Source: Lama guanicoe
Taxonomy: Eukaryota
Reading direction: 5' to 3'
Length of the DNA: 64,000 nucleotides
Assembly (NCBI GenBank): GCA_013239625.1
Contig: MU053652.1
Location: forward strand, 310,001-374,000
Below the pieces are notes generated by a model that made no database searches, was not told where the DNA came from, and saw only the letters and a program-made list of their open reading frames with translations. The position numbers were made by a program, and so were the translations under genes. Shown here one piece after another: positions 51,689 to 64,000 of this stretch (its first letter is position 1; every line of letters begins with the position of its first letter).

Positions 51689-52841
51689 TTTCTGCTTTCT
51701 CTACCAAGACCAAAGTTGTATAGACAGGTATACTATTTGGGACCCTTAGGGCGTGAGGTATCACCTCATGTGGTCCAAGTCCTTCCAGCTCTCCTTTCCA
51801 CGTGTTTTCAAGCCGTGTTTCAGACAGTGCATTGCTTTCTTCTGTGACACGTCAACCACAGGCAGCAAGAGCACTTGGAGACGTGGGCAGGCGCAGTGTA
51901 CTAGACACTGTGAGCTCCTACACCAGCTGGGAGCACTTTGGAAATGGCCACAGCAGATGCGTGCACAGAGGAGGAACATCATGGCTGTTCCAGCTTCCTG
52001 GTACTCAGCTGGGTTACCTTCTAAGGTGAGAAAGACCTAAGGGCTCATAAAGAGAGCGAGCATTTAAGAATCTTCCACATCCAGACAATGTTTCAAGTGA
52101 GATTCAAAGTTCTCTAACCATCATTTTATCTTGGAGGGTGGAGGAGAAATATCCAGAAGATGGTTGAATCACCTTTCATTCTTCCATTTTTGTCACTAAT
52201 TTGACAGTTCTTGGTTTAGATGCAACAGAAATAAAAACAAAAAAGGCATCAACCAACCTATAACTTGTGTCTGGGCTACTGCATACAAAACTCTCCTAAG
52301 GACTGAGATAAAAGGAGTTTTCCCGTGAAGCTCTGAAGAGGTCCTGTTTTGGTTTGGGAAATTTGTTGAAAACTGCAACCAGCTGGGAAGCCGTTGACAT
52401 CGAATTGTAAACTGACAAGGGCAAGAGAACAGAAATTCTACTGTTTATGTACTAGAACCCTATTAAGCGGTTTTAGGAAGGGACTAAAACTTAAGTAACA
52501 ATCTACTTTCCAAAGATTGCTGGGCATTAGTAATTCGTGCATTTTTTTCAGAGTCCAATTTGACACAACCTTCCTCCCCATCCCACCCTAGACCCTCTGG
52601 AATTGACAGCATTAAAATAAATGTTAAATCAGAGCATTCTGTACTGCAAACTCCCTTTAGAGTTTATATGAAAAGCCAAAGCTGAAGAGAAAAAGATCCT
52701 TACACCTTCTCTCCACTCAAGAATCAGCGTAGAGAAAACTAAATCAGCTCAGAATATACCAGACAACACACCCAAGGGAGGAATATGATGAAGGAAACAA
52801 AGATGACCACTCCCCCCTCCCCCACCCTGCCATGCACCCAG
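51660..52841 (-). other. EXOC4: EXOC4 3'UTR (about 1.2 kb, end approximate)
   Basis: Runs from the stop codon to an ATTAAA signal followed by a GU-rich element. Confidence 0.75.
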
Positions 52842-53079
52842 TTAAACTGTAGTTATTTTCTTATCCTTGGTGGCCTGCTTGATGGCAGCCTGCTCGCAGA
52901 TGATCTCCTTGAGCCGCTGCAGCCTCATGTTCTGGGTGGTCTGGTCTCCCACCCCCGTCTGGCTGCGGTGCAGCAGGGTCAGGGCGTGGATGTACTCCAG
53001 CTCCGTGTACTTCACGCCCTGGTCCACCACCAGGTTCAGGAGCTCATCGGCCGTGTTGTACAGCATCTCGTAGTACTGC
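52842..53079 (-). CDS. EXOC4: Exocyst complex component 4 (Sec8), last coding exon
   Basis: Translates (R)[78 protein letters not shown], which I recognise as the EXOC4 C-terminus. Acceptor is tgctttctcAG|G at 53081-53080 (phase 2) and the TAA stop is at 52844-52842. No upstream exon was found in the window. Confidence 0.97.
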
Positions 53080-53479
53080 CTGAGAAAGCAAGACACAACT
53101 CTGCTCAGTGTCTCCACTGTCAGCCACCTATGCGGTCTTAGGCGTAATGGAGGTGCTGTTTATAAATTACTTTACCTATTCAGTAAACACTTATTGATCG
53201 CTAGACATCGTTCGAGGCCCTGTGAGGATAATGGAGGACAAGATTCCTGGAGCTCACTTCTTGAGAAAGTCTAAATGGAGACCTCTTGTAGTTCAGGGTC
53301 TCAGTTCACTTAAGACTTTCTCCTCAGGAGATCAAAAGAAAGAACAGGTTGGGGTACAGAAGCAAGAGAGAGAGAAAGAACCAGCCGGCAGGCATTGTGA
53401 ATCATTTCTGTACCATTCAATCCCTCATTTGTTCCTCATTCATTGGAGGCCCTGTGAAATACGTGGTTTTTCCCATAAA

Positions 53480-53940
53480 GTGGGATAATAACAGTACCTC
53501 ATAGGGTTATGGTACCTCTTAGGGTTACTGGAAGAATTAATTAATCCATATAAAGTACTTAGAACAGTGCCTGACACAATTCTATGCACTTCATAAATAT
53601 TAACCATTATTATTGAAAATATATTCATAATAATGCATTAATAGTAATGTAATAATAGTAACAGTAGCACATAAAGATGAGCAAGATAGCTCCTTTCCTC
53701 AAACAGCTCAGAGACAAGTAGGAAAGGGAATGAAAAGCAGAGAAATATTGATTGTGTCTCTGATGGCTAAGTTCATTTCCATGTACTGTGTCGTCGAACC
53801 CTTTCTGCACCTAGGGAGCTATTACACCCTCTTCTCAGATAAGGAAACTGAAGCACAGGGCAGTTAGAGGACTTGCCCAATGTCACAAAGAAATTGAGTG
53901 GCTGGGCCAAGGTACTGACTCGGAGTCCAGTATTTTTCAT
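53480..53940. mobile_element. Two MIR fragments (+ strand about 53480-53610; - strand about 53820-53935) in the EXOC4 last intron
   Basis: gggataataacagtacctcataggg...aaagtacttagaacagtgcctgacaca; cagataaggaaactgaagcacaggg...gacttgcccaatgtcaca. Confidence 0.7.
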
Positions 53941-56900
53941 GGACACAGACAAGAACATTCCATTTGCTGTGAGGGAGGCATCAATGCTGTGAATTAGAGC
54001 AGAGGAAGGAGAGATCACACCATGTTGAAGGGAAGGCGAAGGATCAAGGAAGACTTCATACGGGGTAGGATACTGGCAGGCAGGGCTTCTGGGAAGGAAA
54101 TTCTAGATTAAAGGAAAAGAAAAGAGATGAGCAAAGAAAAGAGGGAAGAGTAGTCTGGTCAGCCCAGGGAGTAGAGCTGAATAGGGCAGAGTCACGGGAA
54201 AAGGCACTTAGAGCCAGAGGGAGAGTCTGACATCGGGCTAGTTTCATCAATAAAGAACTTCAGGCCCAGTTAGGTCAATAAAGCACCCCCAACCCTGGGG
54301 ACCCAGGTTCTGTTGAGGACAGAGGCAGCATTCCAAGCTGTGCTTCTGGAAGATTAATGTGACAGCACTCTGCAGGATGGTCTGGGAGGGGACCAGGTAC
54401 AATAGCAAAAAGGAAGGGACTTGAGAGCCATTTGGCTCAAGGCCACTGGCACAGGTGATGGAGAAAAACGTAGTGCATGTCAGAGAAACATTCATTAGAG
54501 TGAATCTTCAGTGCAGAGAGAAGATGAAGGGGGAGTCAGGGAGGGAGAAGGCTGCCACTAGCCAGTCCTAAGCCCAGCATCATGCCACCTCCATCCCTCA
54601 CTGAGTCTACTGGACTCTGAGGCTATGTGCCAAACAGCTACTACAGGTGACCTGCGACGTACAGTTCAGTGCAGGCTCTGAGTCAGTGATGCCATCACAG
54701 CTGGTCAGCCAAAGGACAGAGGGAGCCTCCCCAGGAGCACGCTACTTCCTTCTCTCCTCCTCCCAGGAAAGGCAGCATTGCCATGAATGAGGGGACAAAA
54801 CAAGGCAGTGGGCCCCAGGCAACTCGGGGTGAAGGGATCTTGCTGAACTATTATCAGGGTCACTCACTCAAAAAATCTTGTTCTATTGGACTTGGGGCCT
54901 TGAGGCCTTGGATTTCTTCTTCATCAGGAACATCTTTAGGCCACCCCACGGCCTCCTCCCTGATACCAGCCCCTGTTTTGAGAAATGAGGCCCTCCATCC
55001 TTGAATTCTTTTTCCCTTAGGTACACAGTTGAGGGAGAGAGTTGTCCTTTAAGGAACTATCTAAGTACACATTTTAAAAATTGTTCAGGAGGAACACACA
55101 TTTGATTTTAGATTTGCCACATGGAATACGAGAGAATTGGGGGCTCATGATCTTTCAAAGCTGGGAGGGACTTGATAGCTGCAGTTCTAGAATGGCAGCT
55201 CTCCAATGGTAGAGTTTCTGGGGAGCTTCTGAGAAGTACAGATTCCTGAGGCCCCATCCCCAGATGCTCGGAACCAGCCACCGTGCTGAGCCAGGGTCTG
55301 CCTGGTGTGGGGAAGAGTTACAGAACCATTCCCATCTCCTTAAGCCAAGGACCTAAAAGCATGAGGGAAGGAGACAGAAGTAGTAAATGTGTCCTAATAC
55401 TTTTCATTGAGATTAAACCAAAATAATTGCGTGTCTTTGTATCATGATGTCGATATTTTCATTATTTATCTTAAGGAGTAACACCGAACCTATCTGACTC
55501 AATGAAATTGGTTTTCTTTTGAAAAATCTGATGAATTGTTTCCAGGGATACTGGCTGATTTTTCTACAGAGACAGCTGTTCCATGCTGGGAGCAAACAAC
55601 AGAACAAAGATGCCTGGATTTCTAGTCCTGGATCTTCCAATGTGATAAGTGATAAAGGGCATGCCACTTACGTCCTTAATGTTTCAATATCCTCTGTGCA
55701 ATGAAGACCTTTATAAATCTCAGAATGACACCCTGAAGTGGACTGAGAGACCAAGAGAGTCCTCAAGAGTCTCAGATGAACCGTGCCCCAGAATTACAAA
55801 GCTGAGTTATTAAACAAAATTGACAGGTAACTGATGGTGTGTTTTCTATAGTTAGGGGGGAAAAAATTCCCCATAACCACGATGATATATTAGATCATAA
55901 AGAAACATAAATATTTAAAGACAGAATGAAATTCATTCATCTTTCAGAATAGCACCCAGGAGCAAAGACTGTACTAAATCAGCGCAGCAACAGTTCTACT
56001 TAGAGGTGGAGAATGGGTGCTACGAGGCGCCCTAAGGAGAAGATAGGAAAATGCCTCAAACTGCACAATTAGAATGATCTTCCGTGATAAACACTGACAC
56101 ACTGAAATGAACATGTAACCCAACGCAGATAAATAATTTATCAGCACTTATTGAGGCCCCAGGAAAATGAAAGCCTGATCTTTACCAGCACAAATTAAAA
56201 TAGCAGCCATGGCTTCCAGGGCACCATGCTTTATACCAGACAGCACTCTGTTGCCTCGATCGGATCAGTGAACACACATTTGATTTAGATCCGTTCTGGC
56301 TCATGATGTATGTAGAGCAAGTTTCTTCACAGCCCATGATACCCAGGGACCAACTGGTAGATGTGGACCAAATATCCCATTTCAGAAACCAGAGACCCAT
56401 GCCCTCCATGATGGGTGGAACATTCTGGATAAGGTGGTTCTTTCCTGTGGTTTCTCTCTCCCTTTGCTGTGTGTCTATGGGCAGAGTTCCCCAAGTGGAA
56501 TGAGTGGGGGTTGGGGAGAGGCAGAGACAGAAAAGTGAAGGTGTGATGTCACACAGACTGGTCTCAGAGTCTATAACACGACCATGTTTATATTTTGTTC
56601 TGGTACAGATTACTTTCTCATATCTTCCTCATGTTTTCTTTATCCATAGACTATTCTTTCTTATTTTTTTTCTTCTTATTTTATTTTAATGATATCACAC
56701 TGCAACTCCTTCTCTCCCACTGATTCTGTTTCAAAAACATTTATACCAGTAAGGATACAAAGGGTATTTTGGTAAGTTGGGCAGATCTTCTCTTCAAAGT
56801 GTAAAAATAAAGTTTCTTTACCTGTGATTGGAAAATTAGTATGTGTGATATAGAATATACAGACTACACAGAAAGATTAAGCAGAAAAAAGATTACTCAC

Positions 56901-59900
56901 ATAATCCCACCATAGAGACGTACCACATTTTGGCATTTCCTTTCAGATTTTTTTCCCTGTATGTAGTGCTCTACCAATTTCTTTCTTATAGTTGAAAATA
57001 TCTAGGTTGATACACTTTTGGACACTTCGGCTGTTTCCAATTTAAAAAACTTTCTTTCCTGAGGATAGATTTCCAAAGCAGAATTAGTCAAAGGTAAGTA
57101 TATTTTTTAGGACTTAGGCAATGCCTCCAAATGGCTTTTTTAAAAAGTTGTATCAATTATCTTCCTAGGGACAGCACATGACAACACCTAGTTCCTCCTG
57201 TTCTTTTAATTTACATAAAGCTGAACAGGTTCTCACCTATGTATCAGTTTTTAATGTGGATATGCATATGTGTATAAACAAATTGCTGATGACTTTGCAT
57301 CTTTTGAGTATTCGTGTGTTTCTTACTTCTCTTTAAGAGCTCTTTATAAGTGTTCACAGACAAGGAGCAAAGAATGTTCTAGTCTCTCATCCTTGATTCT
57401 CCCTCCCACTGTGCCATCCATACTCAGTGTAAAAGTTATCACTGTATCTCTGAAAAGTTATCACTGTATCACCATGTTCTGAAAGCAACTGGAAACAGTT
57501 TCAGGTCTCTTCTTTGGAAAGGGAGGGAAGAAAGTCTTCATAAAACCAATTATTCCCAACTAGGGCAACTCTTATTCCTGGACCTGCAGGTGGTCTATAA
57601 AGTTTGGATGGTGGGGTGTGAAAGGCAGGTGCTGACTGGGGGACTGGCTACAGTGCCTGGGGAAAGCTTGGCCAGCTTCCTCCCTCTCTATTGGGTAGGG
57701 TTTGGAGACCTAGATCCTCAAATGGAAGCTGTATTTTCCACAGACACACAGCCATGTCTCATGTTTCAGAGTCTATCTTGATTGTAGCAATATTAACAAT
57801 AATGTCTAACTTTTAGGTTCATTAACATACTGAACCTTTTGAAGTAAGTACTGCAATTACCCACATTTTACAGATGAACAAACTGAACTTTGGAAAGTGT
57901 GAGTGATCTGTCTGAGGCCTTGCTCCAAAGCCACCATAATACTGAAGTATTTGAAACTGTGAAAAGCAAAAGTACTAATTGCAAAGGGTACTTGTCTAGC
58001 TAAATCATTTTCAGCCATGATTTAGGAAATATGAATTAAATAAAATTCACATACTAAATCAACTCTCTGCCTTCCATTGAAATGGAATGAGCCAGTACCG
58101 TGGCAATTCAAAATTCATTTATACACTTGGCAGTAATACTTGAATCACACTAGGTTTGATCTGGGAATCCAGAGCTCTAAAGCAGATACTGAAGTCATGT
58201 TGTATCTTCAGCATTCAAGAGTTATAGGAAAGACTTTGGGCTTTTTCATTCTGTCTCTTTATTTCTCCCCTTTTGCCCCTCTAATCTGGTAATGACAAGG
58301 TAACCTTTCTTTCCAAAAGTTGGCTGCCCTCCTGATTCATTACTTCCTAGAGGAAAGGGGATAATTAAGTAATTTCACTATGAAGACTTTCTCATCTAGT
58401 CCTTCCTGAGATAACGGTAGTATTACTGTCAACAAGAGAATTGGGCTCTGAAGCTGACTTCTTAAATGTAAGTTTCAAAGGAAGAACAATTTACCTGATT
58501 ATAATTTAGTATTGACGGTAGCTCCCCCAATTCTTTTCAGCCAATAGTTGCAGCATTATGAGCAATTTAATAAAAACTCAGTAGTAGACGGGTCACTAGA
58601 TTGTCAGGTAAGACATTCAACTCCTGTTTTCTCTGTACACTCAATGGTATATATGGTAATAAGCGGGAAATGGAAAGAGAAAAGAAAGGAACTGAATAAT
58701 CCATAAACTAGGTAATCATCCCATAAATAATTGAGAGGTAGTTATAGCAGAGAGACGTAGAGAAGTAAATACTCAAGAGATCAACTTAGCTTGGATTCTG
58801 GTTAAGTCTATCATTCCCTCCCTAACTAGCTGTGACCTTGGGCAGCTACTATCAGCTCTTCAACCCCCTGCTTCCCATAGGAGAGAAAAATAGGTTATCG
58901 CACGTGCTACGTAAGCATGGGCATTTTTTGAATTTTAAAACATTTACAGCATCCTCTGCTTGGTCCTTTAAAATCCTGGGCTTCCACCAGAATTAGCTGA
59001 TGCTGATTTTCCCTAAGTCACAAGATGCAGTAGTGATCAATTCGAAAACATCCTGAACAAGTGTAAACTTAGCTCAGATGTTCTTTCCAGACCAGTACGA
59101 AAATGGATGCTAATTCTGTGTGCCAGAAGAATAAACTACTTTATTAAAAAAAAATACAACATAATTGCTCTCATTTGTCTCCCCCTTCAAAGAGCTTAAG
59201 AGTTTATTACAGACATGATTGAAAATTCTCATTTGAAAGAGTTGTAGTTATTTGCATTTCAGGGGTGAGAAAAGTACGATAGAGAAAAGCTAAAGAATTT
59301 GCATTTAGTGGCAAAATTAGATTTGTAGTCTATATTAGGATAGCTATTAACACTCTTTACAACAAATTGTGCAGTTTTGGTCCAGGACAATCCAGAAGAG
59401 AAGTAGAGAATGGTCTTTAGAGAAAAAAACAAAAAACAGTGCAGAAATTCCCTCAGCTGGTGGCAGCAGAAAACCATTCAAGAGGCAAAGAGAGTTCGGA
59501 GTCTGCTGCTGTAGGCTTGCAGTGGCTTTCATGAGTCGTCCATGTACATTTTCGTTATGTGACGTGGCACACACACCACTGCCTCCATTGTGGCACTGTG
59601 CTTAAACGGCTGTCAACTACTGGCCTACTTCTGATCACCACCAGGCTTCAGCAGTCCTGGGGGGCTGGGGCAGGGTGGCTCTTCCAGGGAGATGTTAAAA
59701 TGTAAAAAGTCAGCTGCATTCATTCCCCTCAGGAACACATCCTAATATTTTTGATAGCAGTGGCCAAAGCCTTGCTTTATTTCTCTTCAGAAAATACAAC
59801 CACAAAAAGGAATTCCTTTGAGATGCAGCACTTGTGAGAGGATGACCCTCTCCCAAGCTCAGTGACAGTCGCGGAAATGGGAAGAAAAATGGCTTTTCAT

Positions 59901-61664
59901 TCCCTTTGCTAGACATTTTGCTCCCCACCTTCAGAATACAGTCTACATTTATAAATCTCTATGGTTAAAACTTCCTCCTCAACAACTTAAGGATTCATAT
60001 GTCTCTCTCTGCTACATCAGATAATGTTTGAAATTAAGTTTTCTAATACAGGGCTAGAGGAAGCTCTGCATTTTAAATTCAGTACAATTAAAACTGTGTC
60101 TCTTTGGTCTGGCACTGCCTTTGGTCAAACCCAATTTGTATGAATAATTATTCAGTCCATTAAGAAGTCTGCTCAACACCTTCTCCCATTTTGAAGGTTT
60201 TAATAAATATTGATCAGGCACATTTCTGTTTGCACTTGCCAAAGCAATTCTGATGGGTTCATCTTCTGATGTTATCAAATAATGAAATATGAAAGAGTGA
60301 ACAGAATTACCCTCTTGTTCTGTGATTTTTTATTTAGGTCCTTCATTTTACTTTCATAATTGTGTTTGACTCAGACTCCTGTAAATGTTCTTTTGATTTT
60401 CAAAAGGTGAGTCCAGGTTAAGGAGAGCCATGCTGTGCTGGACATCACTTGGGAGAGTCTCTCCCATTAAAAAAAAATTATTGAATATCGCTTTCAAGAG
60501 TCTTTTCAATTAAAAAATAATTTATCTAATATCGGTTGATAAAGGTTGATAAAACCTTAGTTTGATAAAAGCACCTAGTACCATGCACTTTGGTGGCCTC
60601 AACACTACAAATTGTTTACCAATCAGCACCAGGCCTTTATATTGCACACTGTCTATATTTCTCAGATTAGCAATGTGGGAAACAACTGCTAAGATATGCC
60701 GAATAAAAATAATTCAAAGGCCCTATAGCTTTTTCAGTTTTAAGTAATGAAATGGAATTATCAACTTTTCAGTAAATAATGTAAAGGATTTCTTCCAATG
60801 AAAACCTGGTATTATTATCACTAATGCTTAGGAAGCTCTAATAACATGTTAAATGCTAATATAACATATAGAGGTACAGTCCTTGGCTTCCAGAAGGTTC
60901 TTTTAATCTACACTTAAAAGAAAAAAAGTCCAACTCAGGCCCAAATCAAAGGTCTCTCAAACTCAATAAACCAATGGTTTAATTTAAAGTAAAATAAATC
61001 CTGGGTTTGCTAGCCAGCCTGCCTGCTAATTCTGCAACTCTTTTTTGGTACATGAGAAAGAAGAGATGAAAGGCTGAGACAAGGCGCAGAAACCAAGGTT
61101 ACGGCGTCGAGTTGCTATCAGAGTTAGTGACGGGACGGAGAAGTGACGGGCAACACGTGTTGGGTTTCTGTATTTATAATACAGGGCTTCTTCTCTACCT
61201 GTACTGTCTGGGGAGAAAGGTCAGTGAGGACAGGCATGGACTGCACGGCTTTGATGAGAGAACACGCCCATTAGAATATTATGCTAATGAGACCAGGATA
61301 ATGGATGGATGCTGGTAGATGCCAGTCAGTTGTATTCTTTAGCTCCTGACTCCACCTCTACCCAGCTATCTCACAAGTGTGTTAAGACAAAAACTGGGTA
61401 AGACTGAATGGCTACTTCACTGCAAGCGGTTATTACTGCTGGGGGCTTAAGATGCAAAGATTGCTATTCAGCCAGCAGTTGGCTGAGTTACTCAAACCCT
61501 GACTCCCCCGATCCCAGTTTTGGGGACCCTAATATGCTTCTCAATAATGTTATAGGAAGTTTCTGTACTTTGCCAAGACAAAAGACTGCACCATTTAGGA
61601 CTGAAGGGCTAGAAAGAAAACTGGTTTTGGCAGAGGAACCAAAAAATTCAGGGGATTATTTGAA

Positions 61665-62350
61665 AAGTATGAGCATATGCAAATCAGTAGGTCCCAACGG
61701 CAAACACTCAGGGGTGTATTTGCTAAACCCTTAGGTTATTTATGAAAGAGAGAAAGACTAAGTAAACCAAAGCTACAGAATGGGCCATCTGAGATTCAAG
61801 GGCATGTGACTCAGAACGGATGTCAATTAGGAAAATAACAGACTAAATCAGAAGGAGCTAATGGAAACATGTACAATATCCAGCAGGGTTTAATTAAAGA
61901 CTCAAGTATTCTGACAAACATGATGGATAGCTTTGGACAGCAGTATGAATTTGGTGGATGTAAAGACCACTGTGGCTGAATATATATTTGGATGTCAATG
62001 AACCATTTTATACAGTGCCTCTAAAAAAATATAACTAACAAAATGAATTTATTCTGAATGGCTACCCCTGATAGGACACAGGCTGAAAAGCAAACAAAGG
62101 GTAATGATGAAACAAATCAAATTCAGAAGAGAAAGCACCCAGTGAATGCTAAGGACACTGCCTTATAACGATCTCACCTAATACTTTAATTAATGTGCAA
62201 GAACATACAAAGAGTGCTGAAAAGGTCGAATGTTACGAAATGGAGAAAGGTCGGGAACAGCAACCAAGTAACAGAAATAACGTAAAGGGCGTCAGAGAAT
62301 TTAGAATTATGGGCGGCAAATAATGAAGTGAGACTTATCTTAGAAAAACC
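61665..62350 (+). mobile_element. L3/CR1 LINE reverse-transcriptase fossil
   Basis: Broken frames give KSVGPNGKHSGV (cf. CR1 KSPGPDGIHPRV), QQGL..S.LTNM (cf. QHGF..SCLTNL) and IYLDVNEPFYTVP (cf. IYLDFSKAFDTVP), in the correct order. Confidence 0.6.
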
Positions 62351-62898
62351 CAAGTGAATTTGTCTGGAAGAAATTTTAACCTCCTATATTCAATAGTTGG
62401 GAGATGAGCACTGGAAAACTTGTTCCATGAGGGTATGGGGGTAGGGTGGTAAGGGTATAGAACCAGGGCATTTTCTTACTTCCTATTAAAAAAGTACCAG
62501 TTACAGGGCAAGGAGGTGATGATAATCCTGGCCTCTGTTGCACTTCATAGTTCTGTATTGCTTTCTATCATAAGCCAATTGAAATAAAATCAGAAAAGAG
62601 CACCAAATGGTATTAACGGGACAGAAGGCTGGAGGAAAATAGAAGATTAAAAGAGATCCAGTCCAATTTTTGCTCAAATGTCAGCTCACCAATAAGTGAG
62701 GCTTTCCCTGACCACCTTAACTAAAATGATTACTTGTCCGATCCTCAACAAGCTTTGTCCTTCTACTGAGCTTTTCTTTTCTTTTTAGCTCTCATCCCCA
62801 TCAAAAATATGTATTTCCAAAATATATTTTAATATATATTTTATATATTTTAAAATATATATGTGTGTATACACACACACACATATATACAATTAGAG

Positions 62899-63070
62899 AC
62901 ACAGCATAACACAGTGGTTAAGATCATGGACTCAGGAATCAGGGGCCTGCGTTCGAATCTTAATTCTGCCTCTTACTATTTGTAGGTTCTTGGGCAATTT
63001 ATCTCTCTGTGCCTTATTTTCTTCATCTAAGAAAAGGAAAAAGTAAATGGGGTTGTCACAAGGATCAAAT
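62899..63070 (+). mobile_element. MIR SINE including its tRNA-like head
   Basis: acagcataacacagtggttaagatcatggactcaggaatca...gttcgaatct...tctctgtgccttattttcttcatct. Confidence 0.8.
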
Positions 63071-64000
63071 AATGAAGAAGAGTGGTTGGAACAGAGTAAA
63101 TGTTGTATAAGGATTTATTAGGTAAATAAACATTTGCTTCCCGGCCTAGAGTGCAGGCTCTATGTGAATGTGAGAGCACGCTGGATTCTGTACCATTCCT
63201 TGTATCCCGTGGGCTGAGAACAGAGCATCTAGTGAGTGGTCAATAAATGAAGAGGAATGAATGAATGAATGAGTAAGAGAGCCGACAATTAGTAAACTTC
63301 ACTAAGAGCACAAGGTAAAAGCAGTCAATGATTCTCTGACTCTGGGAGGGGAGGAACCAGGAATAAAAGAGTGGCTCTGAGTAAAAGGCTAAGGGGTGTT
63401 CTGATGGAATTCTGATGTGGATGTTTGGGAAAACCGGTTACAAATGCAAAAGGGGAGGAGGGCCCAGAGGGAAAAAAAAATCTGTTTTGGCTAATGAGCT
63501 GCAGTCTTCCCCAACTTTGCTTTCATTCTCTGGCAAAATTACACATGATTCTAACAATTCTCGCATTTTTTACTTAATCCGTTTGACATAATAAATTTCT
63601 CAGCCAGTCTGAACTTCAGTTTCTTAATTTATGCAATGGGGTAAATAATACAACATCATAGGGTAGGTTGGAGGGTGAAATTAAATGACATCATAGGACA
63701 CACGCTATGTAAAAATGGTAAAAAAAAAAAAGCAGCTAACTTTTACTGTACTTTGTACTGGTCATGTACATAGTATCTCCTTGGATCTTACTTCACCCAT
63801 AATTGTGTGCATTATCATATCTTCCACACTGAAATTATTTTTCATAATCCTGCTTTCCACTCAATTCAAATGAGGGTTTCTTTTCTAGTCTTTTTCTTCT
63901 AAGATTGGCCTTACGCCTTTGATCCTAATCTCCCGATACCTTTAAGATCCTGCTGGGGTTGGTTTGGTTTGGTTTGGAACTCTTGTTTCTAGCATTTACT

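Noticed and set aside
53080..53117. [12 protein letters not shown] as the start of a short EXOC4 protein
   Set aside because: This is intronic sequence including the polypyrimidine tract and acceptor AG.
1..64000. CRISPR arrays, prokaryotic operons, rRNA or a processed pseudogene
   Set aside because: I saw no repeat-spacer structure, no long gene-dense ORFs and no recognisable retrocopy. The sequence is ordinary mammalian intronic and intergenic DNA.

Overview
Mammalian genomic DNA, most likely a camelid: it carries three tRNA-Ala-derived vic-1-type SINEs, and I saw no Alu, B1, Bov-tA or PRE-1 elements. Two tandem genes lie on the minus strand in the conserved EXOC4-LRGUK order. The first is EXOC4 (Sec8), represented by part of its last intron, its last coding exon (52842-53079) and a 3'UTR of about 1.2 kb. 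After about 32 kb of repeat-rich intergenic DNA come the promoter and coding exons 1-5 of LRGUK (19365 down to 3206). Gene identities come from recalled human protein sequences plus splice-site and phase continuity, not from a database search. The most notable observations are: a perfect U12-type donor on LRGUK intron 5; a compact half-CRE/X-box/forkhead/YY1 module abutting the LRGUK ATG; an expanded Glu-Gly tract in LRGUK exon 1; a SINE with a probable 3' transduction; a solo ERV1 LTR with a GAS motif oriented toward LRGUK; a perfect 15-bp hairpin inside an old LTR; a CTCF site with an upstream motif; and homeodomain-site clusters. I found no support for a wholly new coding system, and most ORF-track ORFs look spurious.
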